From Candidatus Woesebacteria bacterium (GTDB taxonomy: Bacteria > Patescibacteriota > Microgenomatia > UBA8517): a stretch of DNA of 64,000 nt. The stretch is from assembly GCA_016700095.1 (NCBI GenBank), contig CP065002.1, positions 304,463-368,462 of the forward strand. Reading direction: 5' to 3'. A program made the translations under genes and the position numbers. Shown in pieces: positions 9,336-22,100 of this stretch. How positions within the stretch are numbered: the first letter of the stretch is position 1; each line of letters opens with the position of its first letter. Under the pieces are notes generated by a model. It saw only the letters and a list, made by a program, of their open reading frames with translations. It ran no database searches and was not told where the DNA came from.

Positions 9336-9941
9336 TCACTCAATACTTATGTAAACAATAATTAGTAATAAAATATCTATAACAATAAATATTACTAAAG
9401 AAATAATAAAGGGGAGTGGAACACCAAAATATTTTTTAGTTGCACTAATACTTTTTCGATTATTTGTGTTTGTATTTTCTAAATGATTATTTTGCGAATT
9501 TTCAGTAAATGTTTCTGCAGCATTTATGGAAATGGTTTTATTTGTAGATATATTATTTTGTGTTAGTGGAATATTTGAAGTTGTGGTGCTGGTAGTATGA
9601 CCCATATCTACTATGGGGCTATTTGTTACACCAGAAGGATTAAAGTTAGTTGTAACATTATCGGATAGTATAGATGTTTTACTAGATTCCTTTTTAATAT
9701 TTTGCTCATTATTAGACGATACAATATTTTCTGAACTGTTTATCGTTTTATCGGAAATAGCATGCACGTATTTATTGCCAAATAATTTATCGAGATCTTG
9801 TTTGGAAAAATACCTGTGTCCACCGGGAGAGCGATGTGTGTCAATTTTTCCTGACATCTCCCACCTTCTTAGAGTATCAACAGAAACCCCCAAGTATTTA
9901 GCGGATTTTCCTATTCCTAGCTTGTCTTCTGTAATTTGCAT
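9336..9941 (-). CDS. MerR/excisionase-type HTH protein with N/S/T-rich linker and C-terminal TM anchor (201 aa)
   Basis: N-terminal 'SAKYLGVSVDTLRRWEMSGKIDTHRSPGGHRYFSKQDLDKL' is a typical MerR-type HTH. It is followed by a low-complexity Asn/Ser/Thr region and a C-terminal hydrophobic helix 'FIISLVIFIVIDILLLIIVYI'. Divergent from the 10008 giant gene. Confidence 0.55.
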   Translation of the reverse strand: MQITEDKLGIGKSAKYLGVSVDTLRRWEMSGKIDTHRSPGGHRYFSKQDLDKLFGNKYVHAISDKTINSSENIVSSNNEQNIKKESSKTSILSDNVTTNFNPSGVTNSPIVDMGHTTSTTTSNIPLTQNNISTNKTISINAAETFTENSQNNHLENTNTNNRKSISATKKYFGVPLPFIISLVIFIVIDILLLIIVYISIE

Positions 9942-10007
9942 AGATATATATAGATTTGCATAGATATTGTCTTACTTAAAGATACTAATTGTCAATAACC
10001 TTGAAAT

Positions 10008-13000
10008 GTGGTGATACATTTGAAAAACAAAAGGCTATTGACCTTGGTCCCACATGGTGCTTACACTTTATATGAACCTAAAAATTGGTATATGCAAAAG
10101 ACTGCCCTAACCGCAAAACAAAGATTGGCATTAATGGAATTGGTTTATAAATATAATGAATCAGTTACGGTTTGTTGTAAGAAATTTGGTGTTTCAAGAT
10201 TTACGTTTTACAAATGGGCTAAGTTTTATAGTGTAGGGTTATCGAGAAATGAAAACTTAACCAATCTTCGAGATAAAAAACCAGCTACAGTATCTACTCT
10301 TAATGCAACTCCATACGAGGTACAAGAGCAAATAAAACGTATTGCTGCAGAGAAACCTGATTCTAGCAAATACGAGATTGCAAAAGAGCTTAGAGATCGT
10401 CTAGGAGAAAAAGCAGTTGGTGTTCATGGAGTATATAATGTATTAAAACGTTCAGACTTGACCACTCCTGAAGCAAGAAAGGAATGGCAGTTATTTGTTC
10501 AAGCGAAAAGTAATATTGTACTTACAGCACCCCAAAGGCTTGAAGTTATAACCAGATCAGAAAAATTAAACATCCCAGTAACTGTTGTTTGTCGTGATTT
10601 TGGAATTTCTAGACAAACATATTATAAATGGAAAAGAAGATGGGAAGAAGGAGGACAAGATATTGATACACTAAGAGATAAAAAACAGCAGTATGATCGT
10701 AGAAAATTTAGAATCGATAGAGAAAAAGAAAAAGCAATCCTTTCGGTAATAATAGAAACACCGGATTTATCAAAATATAAAATCGCAGAAAAATTAAGAG
10801 AACTTGGATATGCTGTTAGTCCTCACGGGATATACAATGTCCTCTTGAGGAACGGATTGAACTTACCTGAAGGCAGAATGAATTATGCAGCAAATCATTC
10901 GCAAACAATTGAAACTCCCTCAATTGAATGGACAAACCGCATTAAGTCATCGTTGGAACAGTTTTTGCCCACACTAGCGCCAGCGCCACCTCCAGTATTT
11001 AATATTATAATTAACTTCACTAAAACTTTTCTTGCTTCATCTGTCTTTGCCTTAGCCGTTTCTTATTCAAGTGTGTGGTGGTTGAATTTTTTACTAACCC
11101 AAACAACACATGTAGCTATTGGATTATTCTTTGCTACACTAGCTTTACTTACTGGATCGATATTTTTCCTTTATTCCTTAAAATACTATATAACCCTTGC
11201 GGTTGTACTTTCTTACTCGAAAGACCAAAATACTATCGGTATAGATAGTACAACTCCGTTAAAACAAAAAGGATTAATATCAAGGATAATCGGGTTTAAC
11301 AATAATACTAGTGTTGATGAAAATATTCCTGTTGGGTTAACATCGGATTTAAGTGGGATTAATATTTCTAAAAAACCATTTGTCTCAATACATATTCCTT
11401 TCTATAACGAAAAATATGTAGTAAGGCGATCAATCGAAACGGCTGTTAATTTTGATTATCAGGAGTATGAAATTATTTTATGCGATGACTCGACTGATGA
11501 TACTTCTACTATTATTAGAAACTATCAAATAGATCATTTACCAATTGGTGAAAAACTTGAAGTCGTTAGTGGTAAGGGATGGGAGATGGCAACAGTCGAA
11601 ATTCGTCCCGGTGTGTTTCTAAAACATCTTCATAGAATATCAAGGGGAGGATTTAAAGGCGGTGCATTAAAAATTGCCTTGGAATTGGTTGATCCAAGAT
11701 GTGAATTTATATCTGTATTTGACGCAGACTTTGTCCCATATCCAGATACTATAAACCTATTTCTTAAATACTTTAAAATACAAAACGGTATGTCGGAAGA
11801 CTATGCCAAAAGCGCAGTCGCCGCAGTCCAAGGCTATCAGTGGCATGTTCTTAACAAATCAGAAAACTGGATAACCAGGGGAGTAAGAAGTGAATATGCA
11901 GGAAGCTATGTAATTGAAAGAAGCGGTCAGGAAATTTACGGAGGCCTAAAGCATATCTCGGGAAGTGTATATATGATTAGAAGGGATGTATTAGAGAAAG
12001 TGGGTTGGAATACGTCTATTACCGAGGATTATGAATTAACACTTAGGCTTTATGATGCCGGTTACAAAGTAGTCTACACCCCATACATTCAAGCCCCAGC
12101 TGAATGTGTATCTACCTTAAAACGCCTAATCAGACAAAGAATGCGATGGGCAGAAGGACACAGTCACAATGTAAAACTGATGTGGAAGAAACTTCTATTT
12201 GGAAGCTGGGAAGAAACTGGTGGTTTATCTAACACTCCACACCAGGTTCTTGCTTCACAGACAACAAAATTGATGCGGGATGGCAATGCCGCTTATAGTA
12301 GTGTAGCGACATTGTCAAATTCTAGAAGTAGAATATTTGTTCCATCTCCACTTACCATTGCAGAAAAGATTGAATTTCTTTTCAATATGCCTTACTACCT
12401 TCAAGCATTTCTATTTCTAATCGGGACTTTTGCCTGGTTACTCTCAGAGGCTGTATTCCAGGTAAGACTGCCTTTCTGGACTACTGTTTGGGGTTGGAGC
12501 CTCATCCTTACCAACATGTTTTCCTTGCCTTTGGTTAACGCAGTCGGCCTTTTCCTGGAAGAAAGTGAGGAAAGAGACTATCTTGGGCTTTTGTCATTTG
12601 TGGCGCTTAGTTATATATTGGTTCCATTTCAGGCTTATGCTTCTATCAAAGGCTTTCTGGAAGACAAAGAAGGTGGGTGGTTTAGAACTCCTAAAACAGG
12701 AAGAATTACTGATGTATTTACAAGAGGCAGATTTTATAGGTTTATACAAGGAGTATTGCCCAGAAGAGGGGGTCAGCCTGCAGTAGCTGAAGCAGGTGTT
12801 TCTCAAGCTTATCTTGCACTTAATTCTGCCAACAATCAATTCAATTCATTTAGTATTAAACCCAAGAAAGTGTTCTGGTTAGGAAAAGCTTCGCTGGCTT
12901 TTGTTTTAATTGTTGTTATGTTATTGAACTCTCTGGCTTTTAGAGTAAAACCAGCTGAAGCTTGGTATGGTACAGAAGGTTGGTCGTATAGGATTAAACT

Positions 13001-14063
13001 GACTGTAAAAAACGGAAAAGTTGATGCAGATTTGTCAAACTTTCCGGTTTATGTAAATTTAGATGATTTGCCTGATGCTACTTTTTGGGCTCATGTTAAA
13101 TCTCTATGTGCTGATGTAAGAGTAACAAATTCTGGAGGATCAACAGAGCTTCCTATTGAAATTGTTTCCTGCGACACGACTGCAAAAACGGGTGAGATGT
13201 ATTTTAAAGCTGACAGTTTGGCAGATTCAACTGATACTGATTTTTATATTTATTATGGTAATTCGGGTGCTTCTTCCTATGAAGTTACCGACACCTATGG
13301 CAGAAATAACGTCTGGACTAATGGCTATGGTGGAGTTTGGCACATGGGCGGCGGAACATTGATCGATTCCAGCGGGAATGTCGGTAATTCAACAACACAA
13401 ACCGGTACGGAATATACGTCGGGAAAAGTAGGTATAGCAACAGATTATTCGGGATCACAGAGGTCAATTATGCCGACTGCCACGACAATAGACGAAGATG
13501 TATTGGATAGCTTAACTTATACCGTTTGGGTTAATAGTGATTCTACTTCGTGGGGCAGGCAAATGGAAAAAAGTAATCAATATTTTCTTTTGGGTAATTA
13601 CGCTGGGACTGGATCGGCCGGTCCTCTACTGAAAATTAGCGGCTCCAATCAGGTTGCGACTGTAGGTACTTTGAGTACCGGAACATGGTATCAGGTTGGT
13701 GGTAGATATTCTTATTCTGGCGGGACTACTGGAGTTCTTAACGCTATCTTGAATGGTAATATAAATGCTACAACAAGCAATCTATCTAATTACATAGATT
13801 CTGCAAATACTGGCCTGTATGTCGGTTCAGACGATTCAGGTGGTTATTTTAATGGTAAGATGGATGAGCTTCGAATTGCGTCTGTTGTTAGAACGACCAA
13901 TTGGCTATCAACCGAATACAACACTCTTAATGACACATCAACTTTTTATTCTCTTGAAGCGGAAGAGGAAGTGCCGGAGTTGGTTATTTTATTGCTGCCG
14001 TTAGCAATCTTGATTCCTTTTGTAGTTAAATATCATGAAAAAAGAAGGAGGCTAGTCGTATAA
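10008..14063 (+). CDS. Fusion protein paralog 2 (1351 aa): two transposase-like HTH, processive GT2, TM bundle, LamG-containing surface domain, VPE-CTERM-like tail
   Basis: HTH: 'VTVCCKKFGVSRFTFYKWAKFY' and 'VTVVCRDFGISRQTYYKWKRRWEEGG'. GT2: 'ILCDDSTDD', 'FDADFVPYPD', 'ITEDYELTL', 'QRMRWAEGH'. LamG signature: 'YFNGKMDELRIASVVRTTNWLSTEYN'. Tail: 'VPELVILLLPLAILIPFVVKYHEKRRRLVV'. The true start may be the downstream Met at ~10092. Confidence 0.85.
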   Translation: MVIHLKNKRLLTLVPHGAYTLYEPKNWYMQKTALTAKQRLALMELVYKYNESVTVCCKKFGVSRFTFYKWAKFYSVGLSRNENLTNLRDKKPATVSTLNATPYEVQEQIKRIAAEKPDSSKYEIAKELRDRLGEKAVGVHGVYNVLKRSDLTTPEARKEWQLFVQAKSNIVLTAPQRLEVITRSEKLNIPVTVVCRDFGISRQTYYKWKRRWEEGGQDIDTLRDKKQQYDRRKFRIDREKEKAILSVIIETPDLSKYKIAEKLRELGYAVSPHGIYNVLLRNGLNLPEGRMNYAANHSQTIETPSIEWTNRIKSSLEQFLPTLAPAPPPVFNIIINFTKTFLASSVFALAVSYSSVWWLNFLLTQTTHVAIGLFFATLALLTGSIFFLYSLKYYITLAVVLSYSKDQNTIGIDSTTPLKQKGLISRIIGFNNNTSVDENIPVGLTSDLSGINISKKPFVSIHIPFYNEKYVVRRSIETAVNFDYQEYEIILCDDSTDDTSTIIRNYQIDHLPIGEKLEVVSGKGWEMATVEIRPGVFLKHLHRISRGGFKGGALKIALELVDPRCEFISVFDADFVPYPDTINLFLKYFKIQNGMSEDYAKSAVAAVQGYQWHVLNKSENWITRGVRSEYAGSYVIERSGQEIYGGLKHISGSVYMIRRDVLEKVGWNTSITEDYELTLRLYDAGYKVVYTPYIQAPAECVSTLKRLIRQRMRWAEGHSHNVKLMWKKLLFGSWEETGGLSNTPHQVLASQTTKLMRDGNAAYSSVATLSNSRSRIFVPSPLTIAEKIEFLFNMPYYLQAFLFLIGTFAWLLSEAVFQVRLPFWTTVWGWSLILTNMFSLPLVNAVGLFLEESEERDYLGLLSFVALSYILVPFQAYASIKGFLEDKEGGWFRTPKTGRITDVFTRGRFYRFIQGVLPRRGGQPAVAEAGVSQAYLALNSANNQFNSFSIKPKKVFWLGKASLAFVLIVVMLLNSLAFRVKPAEAWYGTEGWSYRIKLTVKNGKVDADLSNFPVYVNLDDLPDATFWAHVKSLCADVRVTNSGGSTELPIEIVSCDTTAKTGEMYFKADSLADSTDTDFYIYYGNSGASSYEVTDTYGRNNVWTNGYGGVWHMGGGTLIDSSGNVGNSTTQTGTEYTSGKVGIATDYSGSQRSIMPTATTIDEDVLDSLTYTVWVNSDSTSWGRQMEKSNQYFLLGNYAGTGSAGPLLKISGSNQVATVGTLSTGTWYQVGGRYSYSGGTTGVLNAILNGNINATTSNLSNYIDSANTGLYVGSDDSGGYFNGKMDELRIASVVRTTNWLSTEYNTLNDTSTFYSLEAEEEVPELVILLLPLAILIPFVVKYHEKRRRLVV

Positions 14064-14084
14064 TGTCTAAGGCATAGTTTCTAT

Positions 14085-14657
14085 ATGAATAAAAATAATC
14101 AATTAACTAAAGATACTTTCAAACTATTATTAGTTTTATTGGTGATTGTTCTTTTAATATTACCCTTTGCGACGGCATTTAATGAATTTCTAACTGAGGT
14201 TGTGGAAAATATTGGATTTTATATGGTCATTCAAAGCACCCTTGTGCCGTACATGAGTATGCTAACGGCTGCAATATTGAATATTTTGCCCGGACTCGAA
14301 GTGGGAATATTACCTTATGGAGTGGTAGTTAACGGTATTGACGTGCGTATCACCTGGAATTGTTTGGGTTGGCAAAGCTTTTTGCTTTTTTTTGCATCTT
14401 TATTTGTAGGACTAAGGGGAAATTACTCTGGAAGTTCTAAAATTCAGGCTGTCTTGTTTGGTTTATTGGGTACATTTATCATCAATATTTTTCGTTTGGT
14501 ATTTACAGCCGCACTAGTTGTATGGTGGAGAGGATTGTTTGTTATTCTATTTCACAATTATTTTTCGACCTTTATCGCTATACTTTGGCTTATACTTTAT
14601 TGGTGGATTTCTTATAGCTATGTGTTGGAAGAGAAAGATGGGGAGATTAATAAATAA
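14085..14657 (+). CDS. Mini exosortase/archaeosortase-domain membrane protein paralog (190 aa)
   Basis: 21 bp downstream of the giant gene. Multi-TM. Shares 'ITWNCLGWQSFLL', 'GLRGNY' and 'NIFRLVF' with the 8330 paralog. Confidence 0.55.
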   Translation: MNKNNQLTKDTFKLLLVLLVIVLLILPFATAFNEFLTEVVENIGFYMVIQSTLVPYMSMLTAAILNILPGLEVGILPYGVVVNGIDVRITWNCLGWQSFLLFFASLFVGLRGNYSGSSKIQAVLFGLLGTFIINIFRLVFTAALVVWWRGLFVILFHNYFSTFIAILWLILYWWISYSYVLEEKDGEINK

Positions 14658-14861
14658 TTTAATGCATTTAGTACAATCACCAAAGCGTTAGTTGTGGGTG
14701 GCAATCACGCAATAAAAAGTTCAAGAAAAGCTACAGTCCTTTTAACTAGTAGATTCCTTGGCGCATGAGGCGTTTTGTAAATCCGTCATAATATATCATT
14801 ATATGTCAGTATCACACTAATTACGCACGACGGGGTTTTATAATTAATTTCAAGAGTATTT

Positions 14862-15167
14862 TTACAATAGACTTCGAAGTCGAAAGTCGGGAAAGAGTGT
14901 TTTTTGCAGATTTAGGTCATGACCTTTGGCTACCCTAATTGCTTCAAGAATTGTTTTTATGCCTGCGATGTTAAGTTTGCGTTCAAATGATAAATATTTA
15001 AGAAACTGCAAATCGTTAAGGTCTGCGACACTAAACATTCTTCGTTTGGTTTTGGTGCGGTGGGGAGTTAGAAGTCCCGCTTTTTCATAAGCCATGATAG
15101 TTCGTATATGCAATTCAAGCAGTTTTGCCGCTATGGAAATAGTCAGAATTGGTTGATCGTTATTCAT
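14862..15167 (-). CDS. MerR-family transcriptional regulator (101 aa)
   Basis: 'LTISIAAKLLELHIRTIMAYEKAGLLTPHRTKTKRRMFSVADLNDL' is a MerR-type HTH plus the start of a dimerisation helix. Confidence 0.6.
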   Translation of the reverse strand: MNNDQPILTISIAAKLLELHIRTIMAYEKAGLLTPHRTKTKRRMFSVADLNDLQFLKYLSFERKLNIAGIKTILEAIRVAKGHDLNLQKTLFPDFRLRSLL

Positions 15168-16113
15168 GTCGCAAAATATTATCCGTTACTTTTTTGGTTA
15201 ATATAATCATACTAACTTGATTACATAAAAGCGTCAAGAGAGTATTGATAAAACCGCTCTAATTGTTTACTGATTCCATGATAATACAATACATATTTGT
15301 TGATTACTTTTTATATACATATATTATATAAGTTAAGATTTATATACTTAGTATTCATATAATATTTTAGTCAGATATTATTATAGCTATATCCATTATA
15401 TCTTACATATAAATTATGTTATCTTTGCTATAAATACCTATATTAAGTTGCGTAGACAGCAGATATTTTTGTTTATCACACTTGATAAGTAACGGTAAAT
15501 ATTTAGCAATGGCAATATATGAGGCTGTTATATGAGTAAGGTTTATACCCAATTAGACATTTGAGATATTTCTGTAAGCATTAGGATGACTACAAATACT
15601 GACTTCGTAAAGACCTATATATATTTTTATCGTGAAAAATAGTTATCCACTTTAATGTGGAAAGTTTGTTTAGAAATAATACTAAGTAAATTGGTAATAT
15701 TTATGTGTAGCAGTTAGATATAAGTAGTCATTTGTAGCCACAGATGGCCTTTAGAATACAAATTAAGAAGATTCGAGTTTAAAAAGTATTCAAGAATTGG
15801 CAGTAGAAAGAGTAGTATCCAGCTTCAATAATCGACATAATCATCCAATTTAGAAAAATATCCGACAAATCGTGCCTAAAAATGTGCACACAATTGAAAA
15901 CACCCTATAATAGAATATAAAATATAACCTATAGATAATATAAATTTTTAAAAACTCGCTAAAATAAGGCTAATTGGATGTATTTTTTACTCAATAAAAT
16001 GCACATTAATTACCGCAAGAATTACCTTAGCTTTGACCTATATTCACCATTGACATGCGTTAGTATGGTTGGTAACAATATAGATAGTTAAATTAGCCAC
16101 GAAAGTTACACTT

Positions 16114-19100
16114 ATGTCTGCCCGATGTAAAAGTAAATATTCTCCAAGTGAAAAAGAAACAATAGTTCTGGAGTGCATTGGTAATAATAAATCAATAACA
16201 AAACTAGCCAAGAAGTATAAAGTGTCTAGGAAAACTTTATATTCGTGGCTGAAAAGATATAAAAACAGCGCAAATAGAAATAAAAATAAAGCCCTGGTGA
16301 ATGCTTATGTCAAAGGAAAAGATCATCCTAAAAGCAAAGTTAGTTCTATTAAATCTAAGGTTATTCGTATTGTAAGCGCACATCCAGAGTGGGGAGCGCG
16401 CTCTATAAGTAATGAACTAAAAAAGCAAGGCTGTGATATTGGATTTTTTGCAGTGCATACCTTTCTACAGTCGATGTCGATTGAAAGAAGAGATTTAAGA
16501 GAGAGTTTTGCCACTAATTATACAGGCCCCGGGAGATATATGCCTGATGTGAAGCTCGAGATTATTAACAAGTTTAGGCAGGGAGAAACTGTTTCCAGTC
16601 TTTCTGACAGTTACGCGATATCGCGAAAGACGCTTTATCAATGGATCAGAAAGATACAAAATATATCAGATGTTTCAAAATACGATTTGGCGGATGCTTA
16701 TGTATCGGGAGAGAAACATCCCTTCGCTGTTTATCCAAAAATCGAAGCTCACCTACTTAGTATTGTCAAAAAACACCCCGACTATTCGATTCACAAATTA
16801 GCCGAACTACTGCCTGTGTCGTCATGGACGGTTTGGTCGACGCTTAGCCGAAACGGTTTGTCTACTTATACAGAGCGTCAGCGGTTTGCAAACCAAGGTG
16901 GCGTGATAGGGAAGACGGACTATTCTCCACAGGTTAGAAGTACCCTGGAGCAGTTCATGCCCACTTTGGCACCGGCTCCGCCTCCGGTTTCTTCGTCCAG
17001 AATTAAAACGAATCTTAAACCATCATATAAACAACTTGCACGTCACTTCTTATTTTCCGCAATATCTTCGTTAATTGTTGCCTTAACTACTCGATACTGG
17101 GTGTCAATTTTAATATCTGCGAGCTCGTTTTCGGAAGGAATAGGCCTGGTACTGGCTACTGTTGCACTTTTCTCCGGAGGGATTTTCTTCCTCTACTCAC
17201 TGAAATATTATTTAACCTTAGCCGTTGTTCTTTCCTACTCGCAGGATGAGAAAGAAAATGCTGACGAGAAATCTCCCACTAAATTTATTTCATGGTTATT
17301 GGGGAAAAATGGGTCAAGCCATAATTTCGGCAAGAGTGGTTTAGAGCCGAACCTCGAGCATGTAAATCTAAAAAATCATCCTTACATCTCAGTCCAAATA
17401 CCATTTTTCAACGAGAAATATGTAGCCGAGCGTGCAATTAGTGCGGCAATTAATTTTGACTACAAGGGCGATTACGAGGTTTTGGTTTGTGACGACTCAA
17501 CCGATGAAACAACACAGATAATCAGGAGTCTTCAACAAAAATATTTACCCGACAACAAAAAACTAAAAATATTTATTAACAAAGAAGAAGGCTGGGAATT
17601 GTCAACAGTTGAGGTGAGACCGGGTGTCTTACTTAAACATTTACACAGGACAAGCAGGTCCGGATTTAAAGGAGGTGCTCTAAAAGTAGCGCTTAATTTA
17701 GTCGACCCAAGATGTGAATTTATTACCATTTTTGATGCCGACTTTGTACCATATCCCGATTCGCTTGATCTTTTCTTAAAGTACTTTAAGTTGCAAAACA
17801 ATGGCTCGGAGGATTATACACATAGTGATGTTGCTGCAGTTCAAGGATATCAGTGGCATGTTCTTAACAAATCAGAAAACTGGATAACCAGGGGAGTAAG
17901 AAGTGAATATGCAGGAAGCTATGTAATTGAAAGAAGTGGTCAAGAAATTTACGGAGGTTTAAAGCATATCTCGGGAAGTGTATATATGATTAGACGTGCG
18001 CCCTTAACCGAGGTTGGTTGGGATACTTCAATTACAGAAGATTATGAACTTACGCTTAAGCTTTACGAAAAAGGCTATCGAGTAGTCTACACCCCATATA
18101 TCCAAGCTCCGGCTGAATGCGTTTCCACCTTGAAACGCTTGATTAGACAAAGAATGCGATGGGCAGAAGGACACAGTCACAATGTAAAACTGATGTGGAA
18201 GAAACTTCTATTTGGGAGTTGGGAAGAGAAAGAGTCTGTTGGTAGTTCAAACAGCAAGTGTTTTGTCCCAAGTCCACTTACTGCGGCAGAAAAGATTGAA
18301 TTTCTTTTCAACATGCCTTACTACCTTCAGGCGTTTTTGTTTTTAATTGGAACATTTGCCTGGTTACTTTCGGAAACAGTTTTTCAAGCACGTCTTCCTT
18401 TCTGGACCGTTATTTGGGGTTGGAGCCTCATCCTTACCAACATGTTTTCCTTGCCTTTGGTTAACGCAGTTGGCCTTTTCTTGGAAGAAAGTGAAGATCG
18501 TGATTATGTCGGGTTGGTAAGTTTTACACTTCTTTCGTATATAGTTGTTCCATTCCAAGCATATGCATCATTAAAGGGATTCCTCGAGAAAGAAGAGGGT
18601 GGATGGTTTAGAACTCCTAAAACAGGAAGAATTACGGATGTGATTGCCAGAGGCAGATTTTATCGTTTTATATCCGGAATTTTGCCCGGCAAAGAAAATG
18701 TCAGTTCACTTGATACAAATTATTTGTCAATGGTTACGGCAAACAACATTTTCAACACCTTTTCAATAAAGCGAAAAACACAACGGTGGGTAGGTAAACT
18801 TGCCCTAACTTCGATGGTTGCGGTTTCTTTGTTAATTGTAAGTTTTGCACCATATATCCCTATCGGAAGAAACGGTGTTTTAGCGTTTGATGCAAACTCG
18901 ATTGTTTCACCTGGGGAGGCGAAACATACTTCGGATTTTTCTTTTGAAAATGAAACTAATAATTTTTCGATAACGGGACTTAGCCGTGATTTCAAAGTCG
19001 ACGAGGTACCGGGTTTTCATTTAGATGTAAAAACCGCACTTGTCGAACGCGTGCGTATTAACTTCAATCAAGTTATCGGTAAAGAGTTATCAAAAACAAT

Positions 19101-22100
19101 TCAAGCTAAAGTGTTGGATAAAAACGGAAACGAAGCATTAGACGTGGAAATAACGAAGGACACCGAAAGTAAATTTGATGTGACTATTAATCCTCAAGGT
19201 AGAGTCGTGCCGGGAGTTTACAGCTTGCATGTGAGTGACAATTTTGGCAACGTCATAGTCCAGGATTTTTCCTGGGGTGTACTGGTAATTAATACCAACA
19301 AATCAGTCTTTCACACAAACGAAGAAGCGAAAATCTCCATGGCGGTTCTCGATGAAAAAGGCGTGATGGTGTGTGATGCAAAACTGGAATTAGGAATTAG
19401 AAATTTGGAATTGGGGATAGATGAAACTCTGTCGACACAAAATGACAGGATCAAAGTGACGCCAGGGTGTGGAAAAAAGGACATGGTTCTAACACCTGAT
19501 TATGAAGCCGGTTTTACGGTATCTGGCAAGGGTGTGTATGAAATGATTTTGACTGCGGTAACGAAAAACGGCAGGTATTTAATTGCGGATAGCTTTGAGG
19601 TAAGGGATTATGTCGACTTTGATATAGAGAGGATGACGGCGACTAGAATTTATCCGGCTCTTGAATATCCTGTATTTATCCAAGTTGTCCCAACATCGTC
19701 TTTTTCGGGCATCGTCTCCGAAAGGGTTCCGGCTGATTTTGTTGTTTCCGAATTCACACATGAAGATTTCAGTGAATATCAAATGGGACAAAATGCCAGT
19801 TCTCAATTCTTGGGAACGAAGATGGCCGGCGATTATCAATATATTGAATGGTTAGTCAGCTGGGACAAGGGTGAAAAATATACGATTGGTTATAAATATG
19901 ATGCACCTGATATTAGCCCCGAGTACTATACGCTTGGGCCCGTTAGTATTGGTGGATTTACGGAAGGAAGAGAATGGCAAATTGCAGTTGATGCGATAAG
20001 TCCTGTGGTTGGATTTTTCACCAACACAACAAGAGCTTGGACTGTGGCTGAGGATACTGACTTAGATTTATCGCAACCCAATCCGATGGATGGGGATTTG
20101 ATGCTAGCAAGTATTGCAATAAGGCCTTCAGCTAGTACTGTAAATACACCCACTGGATGGACAGCAGCAGGATCATGGACGGGCACAGACAGTGCGGATC
20201 CTGAGGCAGACAATACAGGATCAGTAGGGCTTTATTGGTTTTATAAAGTAGCAGATGGTAGTGAGGGTGAGGCAACACAGAAATTTACCGAAAACGGTAC
20301 GACTTCTGTTTGGATGGGGGATATTATGCTGCTTCGGTCGGGAACAAAAGCATACAGCATTTCGGCAGGTGGTTATTCAATAAACGGCGATACGGGAACG
20401 TGGGGAGGAACATTGGACACCGATATAGGATTAACTAGTGGTGACATTGTACTTATTGCCGGAGCTCAGAATGGAAATCCTTCGGCGTCATCCGCCCAAA
20501 ACATTACAGCTACAGGTATTAATGTCAAAAGCACTGTTAGGGAACATGGTGAATTTGCAAGTACGACAGGTAATAATATCGAAGTTGACTTAGCCGAAAC
20601 GCAGATTTGGGAAGGTACAAATACAGATACTCCTGTAATTACTTTTACACAGGGGACGCCTGTTTCGGGTGCGGTGAGTGCTATTAGAATCCGCCAAGGA
20701 ACAGGCACAAGAAGGACGGATACATTTGTTCGGTCAAATGGTTTAGCTGCAGCTGGAACTGCTTCAGTATCTGTGCCATATCCGGATCATGATATTGGAG
20801 ACTTGCTTGTCATGATGATTTCAACTAGAGATGATGCTGAGGTTACTCCTACAACCCCAGCTACTTGGACTTCACTTGGAACATATAACGGTGGAGCAGG
20901 TTCATATGCTGCTGATTCGGGGAATGCGAGAATTACTGCTTTTTATAAACGCGCCGAAGCGAGATGGGCTGGGTCGCAGGTAGTTGCCATTTCTGGAGGC
21001 GATATGGCACTTGGAAGAATGGTGAGTATTCATATGGATGATGCTGGGTCATGGAACTTTGATGTGGATGGGGGAGCCGATAGTAGTGCGGGAACAGCAT
21101 GGCAAGTAGATGGTGAAGCAGGAATTGATGTAGACAGTGCAAATGGAGGTGATGTTGTTTTGGTTGCGTCAACCACTAACACGGATGCAAGAACTTACTC
21201 GGGATATGGATTAACAATAACCGGAGCAACAATTACAGGTTTTGGAGAAAACGCTGAAATAATTTCCTCAACTGGTAATGATCAAACGATGACTTTTGGA
21301 CATGGAGAAGTAACAGATGGGTCAGCAACTGGTGTTACACCAGTCTATACAATGACGGCAAATGGTACTTCTGGTAACAACCCCGCTGGAGTGAGCATGA
21401 TAATTAAAGTAATTGGTGTAGCTCAATCATTAGCTACAACACCTGTCATGGGATTCTTTTCACCAACTGCGACTTGGACGGCTGCTGCTGACACTTATTT
21501 GGATTTAAGACAACCCGATCCAAGAGAAGGGGACTTAATGTTGGCGAATATTGTGATTAGACCATCTACCAGCACAGTTGACACACCTACTGGCTGGACC
21601 AGCCTTGGTTCATGGACCGGTACAGATGGAGCAGATCCTGAAGCAGAAGATACGGGTTCTGTTAGAAATTATTGGTTTTATAAAGTTGCCGATGGATCGG
21701 AAGGAACTGCTACTCAGCGGTTTGAGGAACAAGGGACGACTTCCGTCGTAATGGGAACGATAACTCAAGTTAGGTCATCAACAAAAGCTTATAGTTTGTC
21801 GGCAGGGGGTTATTCGATAGATGGGGATGCGACAAATTGGAATGGGACATTGGACACAGATATTGGGCTAACTCAAGGAGATTTAGTATTGGTTTCTGCA
21901 TCGCAAAATGGAAATCTTAGCAATACATCAGCTTGGGATATTAATGCGACAGGCGTTAACTACAAGATGGAAGTGAGAGAGCATGGCGAATATGCCTCAA
22001 CAACAGGCAATGACGTAGAAGTGGGATTGGGTGTGACACTCATTTGGGAAGGAACAAATTCTGCTACACCTACTGTAAACTTAACACAATCAGCTGCAGC

